Below, in pieces: positions 8,766 to 18,734 of a DNA stretch of 23,029 nucleotides. Origin of the DNA: Fusobacteriota bacterium (GTDB taxonomy: Bacteria; Fusobacteriota; Fusobacteriia; Fusobacteriales; JBNJFI01); contig JBNJFI010000024.1 of the NCBI GenBank assembly GCA_051746725.1, positions 3,107 through 26,135 on the forward strand. Direction: 5' to 3'. A model generated the notes under the pieces. It worked only from the letters and a program-made list of their open reading frames with translations, did no database searches and had not been told where the DNA came from. A program made the translations under genes and the position numbers. Within the stretch, counting starts at the first letter, position 1, and the number at the start of each line of letters is the position of its first letter.

Positions 8766-10010
8766 CTATTTATATAATGGGAATTTACCCGCTAATGTAT
8801 GAACTTCTTCTTTAACTTTGTTTATAATTTCTTTATTATCCACATTTTCAATAACTGTAACTATTAATTCTGCTATTGTTCTCATCTCTTCTTCCTTCAT
8901 TCCTCTAGTTGTAACAGCTGGAGTTCCTATTCTAATCCCACTAGTTACAAAAGGTTTTTCTGGATCAAACGGAATACCATTTTTATTAACAGTAATTTCT
9001 GCTTTAACTAAAGCCTCTGCAGCCTCTTTACCAGTAATATTTTTTGCTCTTAAATCCACAAGCATCAAATGATTATCAGTTCCTCCAGAAACAATTCTTA
9101 ATCCTTTATTCTCTAGCTCTTCAGCTAAAACTTTAGCATTTTTTATTACTTGTTTTTGATATTCAGTATAATCTTTTTGCAGCGCTTCTTTAAATGCAAC
9201 AGCTTTAGCAGCTATAACATGCATCAAAGGCCCTCCTTGAATCCCAGGAAATACAGTCTTATCTATTTTTTTCGCTATTTCTTCATCATTTGTTAATATC
9301 ATTCCACCTCTAGGCCCTCTTAAAGTTTTATGAGTTGTTGTTGTAACCACATGTGCATGTGGTATAGGCGACTGATGTAATCCGGCAGCTACTAGTCCAG
9401 CTATATGAGCCATATCCACAAATAAATAAGCACCTACTTCATCTGCAATTTCTCTAAACTTTTTAAAGTCTATCTCTCTTGGATAAGCACTAGCTCCTGC
9501 TACTATAATTTTAGGTTTATTTTTGATGGCTATTTCTCTTATCTTATCATAATCTAATATTTCTTCTTCTTTTGTTACACCATATGTAACTACATTATAT
9601 AATTTTCCAGAAAAATTAACACTTAAACCATGTGTTAGATGTCCTCCGTGTGCTAAACTCATTCCCATTATTGTATCTCCAGGATTAATTAAAGCCATAT
9701 ATACTGCCATATTTGCTTGTGATCCAGAATGTACTTGGACATTTGCAAAATTTGCATCGAATAACTTTTTTGCCCTTTCGATTGCCAAAGCTTCGGCCTT
9801 ATCTACAAAATCACACCCTCGATAATATCTTTTTTGAGGATATCCCTCTGCATACTTATTAGTAAGAACACTTCCAGCTGCTTCTAATACAGCCTTAGAT
9901 ACAAAGTTCTCAGAAGCTATTAACTCTATACCGTTTTCTTGTCTTTCTTCTTCTTGTTGAATTGCATTAAATATTTCAGAATCAATCTCTTTTACATGTT
10001 CTAGGTTCAT
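8766..10010 (-). CDS. glyA: Serine hydroxymethyltransferase
   Basis: [26 protein letters not shown]-lysine motif [23 protein letters not shown]. Confidence 0.99.
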   Translation of the reverse strand: MNLEHVKEIDSEIFNAIQQEEERQENGIELIASENFVSKAVLEAAGSVLTNKYAEGYPQKRYYRGCDFVDKAEALAIERAKKLFDANFANVQVHSGSQANMAVYMALINPGDTIMGMSLAHGGHLTHGLSVNFSGKLYNVVTYGVTKEEEILDYDKIREIAIKNKPKIIVAGASAYPREIDFKKFREIADEVGAYLFVDMAHIAGLVAAGLHQSPIPHAHVVTTTTHKTLRGPRGGMILTNDEEIAKKIDKTVFPGIQGGPLMHVIAAKAVAFKEALQKDYTEYQKQVIKNAKVLAEELENKGLRIVSGGTDNHLMLVDLRAKNITGKEAAEALVKAEITVNKNGIPFDPEKPFVTSGIRIGTPAVTTRGMKEEEMRTIAELIVTVIENVDNKEIINKVKEEVHTLAGKFPLYK

Positions 10011-10032
10011 TTTGTCCTCCTATTTAATATTT

Positions 10033-11304
10033 TTATTTTTTTTTAGAATATAATATTCTCATTTCACCTGGTTTTAAAATATAATGATATTTTTTTGGTA
10101 TGTAATCTATTCTATTTTCAGGGGATATATCTTCGATTTTATTATATGCGAACAATTTATATACATTTTCAATTGATATTTCACTTTCATCATTAAAATC
10201 CATATTAAATATCAAAAGTGATTCTCCATCATTTTTTATATATTTTTTTATAATTAATATATTTTTATTATCACTTTCTATTACGTGAATATCTGTTTCT
10301 TTTTTGAAAAGTTCACAACTATCCTTTATTTTATTTATTTTGGTTATATAATTAGTTATATCAAAAAAGCTTTCTTGGTAATCACTTTCAAACTCATTGA
10401 TATCCTCTAAACTTTTTTGATATCCATATTCATAGCCACTTGATATTTGAACTGAAGAATTTATTAAAGCAGATATAGAATACCAAATTTTAGAAGCACT
10501 TTCATTTCCAGAATATTTTTTACTTATTCTTTCCATACCATACATCTCAGGGAAACTTATTAAATTAGTTAATTCTTTTAATCGATAATGTTGTTCTAAA
10601 AACCATATTTCTTTAAAATCCCACCATCTTAGGCTTGTATAAAGATAATCAATCCCTGTCCTTGCTAAATCTTCCATATCAGAAACATAAGCTCCTAGAT
10701 TATCTCCTATGAAGATAATTTCTTCATCAATCTCTTTTACCTTTTTTAATAAATATTCGATTAAACGAACATCCAAATTACAAGCTTCTGTGATTTTGAA
10801 TCCTGAAACTCCTAATTCTATATAGTATTTAAAAAGATCTAACCAATATTTCCAAATCCCCGACTCTTTATTATTATTAATTTCAACTAAGTTGCTTCCA
10901 TATTCTAAATACTCATCATCTGAAGGTCTATCATATCTTTTCAAACTTTTATTTCCATCTACTTTATACCATTCTGGATGTTCTATCAAAAGATTAGATT
11001 CCATAGCAGTATGAGTAAGTATCATTTCTAAAATAACCCCTATTCCTTTAGCTTTAGCAGAATCTAAAAATTTAATAAACTGCTCTCTTACTGTTAATGA
11101 AGATTCCATCCTCATAAATTCCTCATTGATAGAATAAAAATCAACTGGTGAATAGATATCCTGATGATAATTTTTTTTAAAAATAGGATTTAAAGAAATA
11201 AAATTAAATCCCATATTTTTTATTTCATCTAACCTTTCAATCCAATTTAATATATCTCCTTCTAATCTTGGAAAAAGGTTATATATTTTTATTCCCTCTT
11301 TCAT
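10033..11304 (-). CDS. GH13 alpha-amylase-fold protein with degenerate catalytic motifs
   Basis: IYNLFPRL, MGFNFISLNPI, YSPVDFY, HPEWY and a C-terminal beta-domain are typical of GH13; conserved regions II-IV read GFKITEA, FIGDNLG, PEMYG. Confidence 0.75.
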   Translation of the reverse strand: MKEGIKIYNLFPRLEGDILNWIERLDEIKNMGFNFISLNPIFKKNYHQDIYSPVDFYSINEEFMRMESSLTVREQFIKFLDSAKAKGIGVILEMILTHTAMESNLLIEHPEWYKVDGNKSLKRYDRPSDDEYLEYGSNLVEINNNKESGIWKYWLDLFKYYIELGVSGFKITEACNLDVRLIEYLLKKVKEIDEEIIFIGDNLGAYVSDMEDLARTGIDYLYTSLRWWDFKEIWFLEQHYRLKELTNLISFPEMYGMERISKKYSGNESASKIWYSISALINSSVQISSGYEYGYQKSLEDINEFESDYQESFFDITNYITKINKIKDSCELFKKETDIHVIESDNKNILIIKKYIKNDGESLLIFNMDFNDESEISIENVYKLFAYNKIEDISPENRIDYIPKKYHYILKPGEMRILYSKKK

Positions 11305-11356
11305 AATTTAACTCCTATCTTTTTTGCAATATATAAAACAAATTTAAACTAAAATA

Positions 11357-11491
11357 TTAAGTAGTTTTTTCTTTACAAAATCTGCAATTTCTAGTTGTTA
11401 CAATTAATTGCTTTTTTTTACATTTTATAACTCTTTTCAACTGTCCCTTAGAACACCTTTTTAATATCGATGTTTTATATTTGCAATTCAT
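11357..11491 (-). CDS. Unannotated small Cys/Lys-rich protein (44 aa)
   Basis: MNCKYKTSILKRCSKGQLKRVIKCKKKQLIVTTRNCRFCKEKTT*; RBS AAAGGGG 5 nt before the ATG; promoter upstream; co-oriented with neighbours. Below the ORF-track size cutoff. Confidence 0.65.
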   Translation of the reverse strand: MNCKYKTSILKRCSKGQLKRVIKCKKKQLIVTTRNCRFCKEKTT

Positions 11492-11538
11492 CTAAACCCC
11501 TTTTATCTAATTCTAAAAATCAATTATTATTTGACCTT

Positions 11539-11567
11539 ATTTTACCATATCCTATTTTATTTTACAA
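11539..11567 (-). promoter_or_regulatory. Candidate internal promoter overlapping the purM stop
   Basis: TTGTAA (11567-11562), 17-nt spacer, TAAAAT (11544-11539) with extended TG. Confidence 0.55.
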
Positions 11568-12583
11568 ATCTTATTCCCTTTTTTGATTTCACCTATTATT
11601 TTATATTCTTCGTTTTGATTTTCTAATATATCTTCAGCTTTTTTAAGGTCCTCTTTTTTGATTATAACCATCATTCCTATACCCATATTAAATGTTCTAT
11701 ACATCTCTTTTTCTTTTATATTCCCTAGCTCCTGCATCAATTTAAATATCGCAGGGACCTCATATGAGTTTTTATTTATAATCATATCCATATCATCTGG
11801 TAATATTCTAGGCACATTTTCTATAAATCCTCCACCAGTTACATGCACTAAACCTTTGATTTTTATCTCTTTTTTTAATTGTTTTAAAGCTTTTACATAT
11901 ATTTTAGTAGGAGTTATTAATTCTTCTCCAAGAGTTTTTCCTAGCTCTTCTACTTTTCTATCTAATGACCATTTTAATTTTTCAAAAAAGAGTTTTCTAA
12001 CTAAAGAGTATCCATTACTGTGTATTCCCGAAGAAGGTAATCCTAATACCAAATCACCTTCAGATATCTCTTTTCCATCTATAATATTCTCTTTTTCTAC
12101 TGCTCCTACTGAAAAACCAGCTATATCATATTCATTTTCATTATAAAAACCTGGCATTTCTGCTGTTTCTCCTCCTATTAAAGCACACTCAGACATCTTA
12201 CATCCGTCGGCTATACCTTTTACTATATCTGCCTGACTTTCTGGATCTAGAGATCCTGTAGCTAAATAATCTAGAAAAAATAGAGGGTCAGCCCCTGCAA
12301 CTATTATATCATTTACACACATTGCCACTGCATCTATACCTATGGTATCATGTTTATCCATCATAAATGCTAATTTTAATTTAGTTCCAACTCCATCTGT
12401 TCCTGAAACTAAAACTGGATTTTTATATTTAGCTAATTCAAATAATCCTCCAAACCCTCCAATATCTCCTAAAACTCCTTTGGTATGGGTTTGTTTTACA
12501 CTGTCTTTAATTAAATCAACAAACTTTTCTCCAGCTTTTATATCAACACCAGAATCTTTATATGTCAAACTGTCTTTAGACAT
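11552..12583 (-). CDS. purM: Phosphoribosylformylglycinamidine cyclo-ligase (AIR synthetase)
   Basis: YKDSGVDI, GTDGVGTK, GGETAEMP, SSGIHSNGYSL, TFNMGIG. Confidence 0.98.
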   Translation of the reverse strand: MSKDSLTYKDSGVDIKAGEKFVDLIKDSVKQTHTKGVLGDIGGFGGLFELAKYKNPVLVSGTDGVGTKLKLAFMMDKHDTIGIDAVAMCVNDIIVAGADPLFFLDYLATGSLDPESQADIVKGIADGCKMSECALIGGETAEMPGFYNENEYDIAGFSVGAVEKENIIDGKEISEGDLVLGLPSSGIHSNGYSLVRKLFFEKLKWSLDRKVEELGKTLGEELITPTKIYVKALKQLKKEIKIKGLVHVTGGGFIENVPRILPDDMDMIINKNSYEVPAIFKLMQELGNIKEKEMYRTFNMGIGMMVIIKKEDLKKAEDILENQNEEYKIIGEIKKGNKICKIK

Positions 12584-12597
12584 TTTCTCCTCCTATT

Positions 12598-13980
12598 TTA
12601 AATGTTTTTATTTTTTGGAAATTTAATTGGATAATTTCCTGTAAAACATGCATCACAAAATTCATTATCTCCTGATTTTATCGCTTTATGCAATCCTTCA
12701 ATGGATATATAAGCTAATGAATCTGCTAATATATGTTTTCTTATTTCCTCTAATTTATGAGTGGCTCCTATTAATTCCTTACGAGTTGGCATATCAATTC
12801 CATAAAAACATGGCATTTTTACTGGAGGAGCAGCAATTAACATATGTATTTCTTTAACTCCTGCTTTTTTGAGAAGTTTTATTATTTTTCTACTTGTTGT
12901 CCCTCTAACTATTGAATCATCTATGACTATAACTCTTTTACCTTTTAATACTTTTTTCATAGGACTAAGTTTCTTTTTTACTCCTAATTCTCTATCTAAC
13001 TGCGTTGGTTGTATAAATGTTCTTCCAACATAGTGATTTCTCATTATACCAAATTCATATGGTATTCCTGATTCTTCTGCATATCCTAAAGCAGCGGATA
13101 CCCCTGAATCTGGAACTGGAATAACCAAATCTGCTTCTATTTGATTTTCCTTTGCTAACTCTTTTCCTATTCTTTTTCTAGAAAGATGTACATTCCGACT
13201 AAAGATATTACTATCTGGTCTACCAAAGTATATAATTTCAAAAATACATTTTGCAGTTTTTTCTCTGTAAAAAACTTTTTTACTGGTAATCCCCTCATCA
13301 TTAACTATAACCATTTCACCTGGATTAACTTCTCTAATATATTCGGCACCAACTAAATCTAGAGCTGGAGTTTCAGATGCAAAAACATATTCATCTCCTA
13401 TTTTTCCAAGCACAAGAGGTCTTATTCCATAAGGATCTCTCACTGCTATAAGTTTGTCATTTGTCATAAATAGTATAGCATATGCTCCTTTTATTTGCGT
13501 TAAAGCATCTATAATTGAATCTTCAATATTTTCCTCTAAAGATCTTGCAATAAGATGTAATACAACTTCTGTATCATTAGAAGTCTGAAATATTGATCCC
13601 TGTTTTTCTAATTTCTCTTTGATTAAATTTGTATTTACAAAATTACCATTATGAGCAATAGCCAAGTCCCCTTTACTATGTTTTATAACCAGAGGCTGTG
13701 CATTTGTAACTGCTGAATCTCCAGTTGTAGAGTATCTAACATGTCCTATTGCCTTATCACCTTTTAATTTTGCTAAGGTCTCTTCATCTTTAAATACATT
13801 TGAAACTAGTCCCATTCCTTTATGACTTTCTATCCCATATCCATCAGATGTAGCGATACCAGCACTTTCTTGTCCTCTATGCTGTATAGCAAACAAACCA
13901 TACATTGTCAGCTTTGCATTATTTAACTTTTTTGAATGTATCCCAAATACTCCGCATTCCTCATTTAACTTATCACGCAT
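12598..13980 (-). CDS. purF: Amidophosphoribosyltransferase (B. subtilis type, propeptide and Fe-S ligands)
   Basis: EECGVFG, QHRGQE, GHVRYST, VIDDSIVRGTT; Cys in CIFE, PCFYG, FCDAC. The ATG at 13980 has GGAGG; the ORF track's start at 13992 overlaps that RBS. Confidence 0.98.
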   Translation of the reverse strand: MRDKLNEECGVFGIHSKKLNNAKLTMYGLFAIQHRGQESAGIATSDGYGIESHKGMGLVSNVFKDEETLAKLKGDKAIGHVRYSTTGDSAVTNAQPLVIKHSKGDLAIAHNGNFVNTNLIKEKLEKQGSIFQTSNDTEVVLHLIARSLEENIEDSIIDALTQIKGAYAILFMTNDKLIAVRDPYGIRPLVLGKIGDEYVFASETPALDLVGAEYIREVNPGEMVIVNDEGITSKKVFYREKTAKCIFEIIYFGRPDSNIFSRNVHLSRKRIGKELAKENQIEADLVIPVPDSGVSAALGYAEESGIPYEFGIMRNHYVGRTFIQPTQLDRELGVKKKLSPMKKVLKGKRVIVIDDSIVRGTTSRKIIKLLKKAGVKEIHMLIAAPPVKMPCFYGIDMPTRKELIGATHKLEEIRKHILADSLAYISIEGLHKAIKSGDNEFCDACFTGNYPIKFPKNKNI

Positions 13981-14045
13981 TTTTTCCTCCATTTTTTATT
14001 GATTTAAAGGTTATATTTAATATATCTGCACTGTTTTTATGAATA

Positions 14046-14750
14046 TTACGTTAATCTTTTCAACATCTCTTGATAAGCTTCCTCTATACTTCCTAAATTT
14101 CTTCTAAATCTATCTTTATCCAATTTTTCTTTAGTTTCTTTATCCCAATATCTACATGTATCTGGAGAAATTTCATCAGCTAGTATAATTTCCCCATCTT
14201 TTGTTTTTCCAAATTCAAGTTTAAAATCAACTAAAATTACATTCTTTTTATCAAAATACTCTTTTAATAAATCATTTATCTTAAAAGCCATTTCCTGTAT
14301 TTTATCCATATCTTCTTCTGTAGCTATATCTAAAGCCATTGCATGATATCTATTTATTAAAGGATCTCCTAGTTCATCTTTTTTGTAAGAAAATTCTACA
14401 GTTGGTCTTTTAAGCTCAGTTCCCTCTTTTACTCCATATCGTTTTGAAAAACTTCCAGCTGCAACATTTCTAATTATAACTTCTAAAGGTACTATATTTA
14501 CTTTTTTGATTAACATTTCATTATCGCTTATCTCTTTTTTAAAATGTGTTCTTACTCCATTTTCTCCTAACATTTTAAACAATATGCTTGAAATCTTATT
14601 ATTAATAACACCTTTTCCTTTTATCTGATCTTTCTTCTCACCATTAAAAGCGGTTGCATCATCTTTAAATTCCTGTATCACTAAATTAGGATCATCGGTT
14701 GCTATTACTTTTTTGGCTTTCCCTTCATATAAAACTTTTCCCTTCTTCAT
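14046..14750 (-). CDS. purC: SAICAR synthetase
   Basis: LYEGKAK, FKDDATAF, LVDFKLEFG, LADEISPDTCR, LDKDRFR. Confidence 0.98.
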   Translation of the reverse strand: MKKGKVLYEGKAKKVIATDDPNLVIQEFKDDATAFNGEKKDQIKGKGVINNKISSILFKMLGENGVRTHFKKEISDNEMLIKKVNIVPLEVIIRNVAAGSFSKRYGVKEGTELKRPTVEFSYKKDELGDPLINRYHAMALDIATEEDMDKIQEMAFKINDLLKEYFDKKNVILVDFKLEFGKTKDGEIILADEISPDTCRYWDKETKEKLDKDRFRRNLGSIEEAYQEMLKRLT

Positions 14751-14782
14751 AAAACATCTCCTTTATATTATTTATATATAGC

Positions 14783-17700
14783 TTATTTAAAATATTTTAC
14801 TCCATTTTTAAATATACCTTGATTCTTATTTCCTTTTATATTTTTCAAGACATTTTTTCCTATTCTTTCAGAATGTCCCATCTTTCCAAAGATTCGACCA
14901 TCCTTACTTGTAATTCCTTCTATTGCCATATATGACCCATTTGGATTATACTCTCCATTCATAGTAGGGTTCCCCAATAAATCTGAATATTGAGTTGCTA
15001 CTTGACCGTTATTAAATAATTTTTCTATCAACACATCTTTTGCTACAAATTTACCTTCACCGTGTGATACTGCTATCTTATGAACTGAACCAACATTATT
15101 ACTTGATAACCAAGGAGATTTATTCGATGAAATTCTTGTATTTACAACCTTTGATATATGTCTGTTTATATTATTTTTGGTCAATGTTGGAGAATCTTTA
15201 GTAATTTTTCCTATTTCTCCATACGGTAACAATCCACTTTTTAATAATGCTTGAAAACCATTACATATTCCTAATATTAGTCCATCTCTTTCTAAAAAAC
15301 TATATATTGAATCTTTTATCATTTCATTTTCCAATACATTTGCTATAAATTTACCTGATCCATCTGGCTCATCTCCTGCTGAAAAACCACCAGATAACAT
15401 TATGATTTGAGAGTTGTCTATATTTTTTTTCATGTTTCTTAAAGAATCTTCTATATCTTTATGTGTTTTATTCTTAAAAACCATAGATTTTGGAATTGCC
15501 CCTGCTTTAATAAATTGATTCATTGAATCATATTCGCAGTTAGTTCCAGGGAAAACCGGTACAAATACTCTAGGCTTTGTGTCCAATCCACGAGTTATTA
15601 TTTTTTTCTCTCTTTGATAATTAACTATTTCCACTTCTTCTTTATCTTCATCCACTTTTATAGGATAATTTTTCTTAAAAGTCTTCTCCCATGAAATTTT
15701 AGCATCTCTTAATAATATTGCAGCATCTCCTATTATTATTTCCTCTTCCTTAATAGTTTTACCTAGTAATTCAAAATTATCTAATTCTAACTTTTTTGAA
15801 GATTCTACAATAACTGTCCCATAATTCATATCAAATAGTTCACTGCTATATTTTCCATCTATTTCTATACCTACCATATTCCCAAATGCCATTTTAGATA
15901 AAACTTCTCCGATCCCACCTGCTTTTAAAGCAGATGCTGATATTATATTACCTTTTTTGACATTCTCATATATATTAGTATAATTTTTCTTTAATTGATC
16001 GATGTTTGGCATTAAATCTTTATTTTTTTCATGTTTTACCATATATACATAATTACCAACTTCTTTAAAATCTGGAGATATTATATTATCTGCACTTTCT
16101 GTATTTACTGCAAAAGATATTAATGTAGGCGGAACATCTAAATCATTAAAAGTTCCACTCATACTGTCTTTACCGCCGATTGCAGGTAATCCAAATTGTT
16201 TTTGAACATATAGAGAACCTAAAAGAGCTGAAAAAGGTTTTCCCCATTTTTTAGGATCCTCTCCTAATCTTTCAAAAAATTCCTGGAATGAAAATCTTAT
16301 CCCTTCCCAATTTCCACCTACTGCTACAACTTTTGAAATAGACTCAACTACTGCATAAGCTGCCCCATGATATGGACTCCAGCTACTAATATTAGGATTA
16401 AATCCAAAACTCATTATACTTGCAGTATTAGTTTCTCCCCCTATATAAGGAATCTTTTGTACACTAGCATCTGGTTTCGATAATTGATATTTCCCACCAT
16501 ACGGCATAAGAACTGTTGTTGCACCTATAGAAGCATCAAACATTTCAGCTAAACCTTTTTGAGAAGCTACACTATATCGTTCGAGATTTTTTAAAAACTG
16601 TTCTTCTAGGTCTTCTCCTGGAACTTGATTTTTAAATGGAGCTTTACCAGATATATCTTCGATTTCTACATTTGTAGTTTGCCTATACCCATTTGTTTCT
16701 AAAAATTCTCTAGATATATTTACTATATCTTGTCCTCTCCATTTTATTATAAGTCTCTCTTCTTCCTTAACTTCGGCTACTACAACTGACTGAATATTTT
16801 CTTCATCTGCTAATTTTTTAAATTTATCAACATCTTCTGGTGAAACAACAACTGACATTCTTTCTTGAGATTCAGAAATCGCAAGTTCTGTTCCATTTAA
16901 ACCATTATATTTTACAAAAACTTTATCTAAATCTACAACTAAGCCAGGTGCTAACTCTCCAATAGCAACTGAAACTCCTCCTGCTCCAAAATCATTACTT
17001 TTTTTAATCAAAGCTGTTACTTCGCTGTTTCTAAATAGTCTCTGGATTTTTCTCTCTTCTGGAGCGTTCCCTTTTTGAACTTCAGCTGAACAACTTGTTA
17101 AAGATTCTGTTGTATGTTCTTTTGAAGATCCTGTAGCTCCGCCACAACCATCTCTACCTGTCTTTCCACCTAACATTATTATTTTATCTCCAGGTTTTGG
17201 ACTTTCTCTTCTTACATTTTTTTCCGGTACAGCCCCTACCACTGCTCCAACTTCCATTCTTTTAGCTTTATATCCTTCATGGAATAATTCTTTAACATAT
17301 GTAGTCGATAATCCTATCTGATTTCCATAAGAACTATAACCTTCAGCAGCAACCTTTGATATAACTTTTTGAGGTAATTTACCTTCCATTGTATCTTTAA
17401 CATCCTCTTTAATATCAGCGGCTCCTGTTATTCTCATTGCTTGGTAAACATAGGCTCTTCCAGAAAGAGGATCTCTAATGGCTCCTCCTATACAAGTAGA
17501 GGCCCCTCCAAATGGTTCAATTTCTGTTGGGTGATTATGAGTTTCATTTTTAAACTGAAGTAACCAATCCTGTTTTTCTCCTTCTACATCTACTTTAATT
17601 CTGATACTACAAGCATTTATTTCTTCACTTATTTCTAAATCATCTAAATTTCCATTTTTTCTTTCTTCTCTCATTGATATAACAGCCATATCCATAAGAG

Positions 17701-18526
17701 TCATTGGTTTTTCTTCTCTTCCCACTACTTTTCTAGATTTTATATATTCATTAAATGTATTTTGTAATGTTTCCTTAAATTCACCTTTAGGAAATACAAC
17801 ATCTTTTATCTCTGTTTCAAATGTAGTATGTCTACAATGATCTGACCAATATGTATCTAGAACTTTTATCTCTGTTTCACTTGGATCTCTTTTTTCTTCT
17901 TTATTAAAATATTTTTGAATAAATTCTAAATCTTCGTCTGACATTGCTAACCCATGGTTTGATTTAAATTCTTTTAATTCTTCTTCATTTAAATTCCTAA
18001 ACCCATCAAATATTGGAACATCTTTAGGCTTTTCAGCATCTTCATGAAAAAGTGGGATATCTAAATCTTTTTCTCGTGATTCCACAGGATTTATATAATA
18101 ATCTTTTATTGCTTCAATATCTTTTTTGCTCAAATCTCCTTTTAAAATTAAAACTTTTCCACTCTTAACAAAGGCATCGTTATTATCAGTTATTAAACTT
18201 AAACATTGCTGAGCTGAATCTGCTCTTTGATCGAACTGACCTGGTAGGTATTCAACTGCAAAATATAATTTGTTTTCTAAATTTAAAGTTTCATATACTT
18301 TATCAGTTGGTGGTTCTGAAAATATTGTATTTTTAGCTTTTTCTAGATCTTTTTTATTAATATCAAAAATATCATATACATTTATTACCTTTACTCCTTG
18401 AAGTCCCTGGATCATAAGATTTTCTCTTAAGTCAGAAAGGAGACTTTTGCTTTCAACATCAAATTTATCTTTTTTCTTTACAAAAATTCGAAATTTTTCT
18501 TGAGTTAACTGATTTTCCTTTGTCAT
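14783..18526 (-). CDS. purL: FGAM synthase, single-chain form with fused glutaminase domain
   Basis: YWSDHCRH, KNETHNHPTEIEPFGGA, DFGAGG, SESQERM, GGKDSMSG; glutaminase motifs FPGTNCE, GICNGFQ, GHSER. Confidence 0.98.
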   Translation of the reverse strand: MTKENQLTQEKFRIFVKKKDKFDVESKSLLSDLRENLMIQGLQGVKVINVYDIFDINKKDLEKAKNTIFSEPPTDKVYETLNLENKLYFAVEYLPGQFDQRADSAQQCLSLITDNNDAFVKSGKVLILKGDLSKKDIEAIKDYYINPVESREKDLDIPLFHEDAEKPKDVPIFDGFRNLNEEELKEFKSNHGLAMSDEDLEFIQKYFNKEEKRDPSETEIKVLDTYWSDHCRHTTFETEIKDVVFPKGEFKETLQNTFNEYIKSRKVVGREEKPMTLMDMAVISMREERKNGNLDDLEISEEINACSIRIKVDVEGEKQDWLLQFKNETHNHPTEIEPFGGASTCIGGAIRDPLSGRAYVYQAMRITGAADIKEDVKDTMEGKLPQKVISKVAAEGYSSYGNQIGLSTTYVKELFHEGYKAKRMEVGAVVGAVPEKNVRRESPKPGDKIIMLGGKTGRDGCGGATGSSKEHTTESLTSCSAEVQKGNAPEERKIQRLFRNSEVTALIKKSNDFGAGGVSVAIGELAPGLVVDLDKVFVKYNGLNGTELAISESQERMSVVVSPEDVDKFKKLADEENIQSVVVAEVKEEERLIIKWRGQDIVNISREFLETNGYRQTTNVEIEDISGKAPFKNQVPGEDLEEQFLKNLERYSVASQKGLAEMFDASIGATTVLMPYGGKYQLSKPDASVQKIPYIGGETNTASIMSFGFNPNISSWSPYHGAAYAVVESISKVVAVGGNWEGIRFSFQEFFERLGEDPKKWGKPFSALLGSLYVQKQFGLPAIGGKDSMSGTFNDLDVPPTLISFAVNTESADNIISPDFKEVGNYVYMVKHEKNKDLMPNIDQLKKNYTNIYENVKKGNIISASALKAGGIGEVLSKMAFGNMVGIEIDGKYSSELFDMNYGTVIVESSKKLELDNFELLGKTIKEEEIIIGDAAILLRDAKISWEKTFKKNYPIKVDEDKEEVEIVNYQREKKIITRGLDTKPRVFVPVFPGTNCEYDSMNQFIKAGAIPKSMVFKNKTHKDIEDSLRNMKKNIDNSQIIMLSGGFSAGDEPDGSGKFIANVLENEMIKDSIYSFLERDGLILGICNGFQALLKSGLLPYGEIGKITKDSPTLTKNNINRHISKVVNTRISSNKSPWLSSNNVGSVHKIAVSHGEGKFVAKDVLIEKLFNNGQVATQYSDLLGNPTMNGEYNPNGSYMAIEGITSKDGRIFGKMGHSERIGKNVLKNIKGNKNQGIFKNGVKYFK

Positions 18527-18620
18527 ATTTTCCTCCTGAGATTTAATATTTGAATTATATTTAAACAGGACATCCCTGTTTTAGATTAAATGTTCTGAAA
18601 ATAATTATTATTTTTATATC

Positions 18621-18661
18621 AAAAAAAGTCTAAAGTTATACCACAGGGGTATCTTTAGACT
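18621..18661 (-). terminator. Intrinsic terminator (attenuator) in the purL 5' leader
   Basis: AGUCUAAAG-AUACC-CCUGU-GGUAU-AA-CUUUAGACU followed by a U run; lies between the promoter and the purL start. Confidence 0.85.
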
Positions 18662-18734
18662 CTAATTTATTTATTTTTATTTTTTTATTGTTTTTATAAC
18701 AGAAATCTTTTACAAAAAAGTTTCTAAATTTCAT
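18636..18734 (-). CDS. Putative pur leader peptide (32 aa)
   Basis: MKFRNFFVKDFCYKNNKKIKINKLESKDTPVV*; preceded by AAAGGGCGAGTG; in-frame upstream ATG at 18749; stop codon lies inside the terminator hairpin. Confidence 0.5.
   Translation of the reverse strand: MKFRNFFVKDFCYKNNKKIKINKLESKDTPVV

Noticed and set aside
14783..18526. Fused PurL with glutaminase domain as a novelty
   Set aside because: Single-chain FGAM synthases of this size are well known, for example in streptococci and clostridia.
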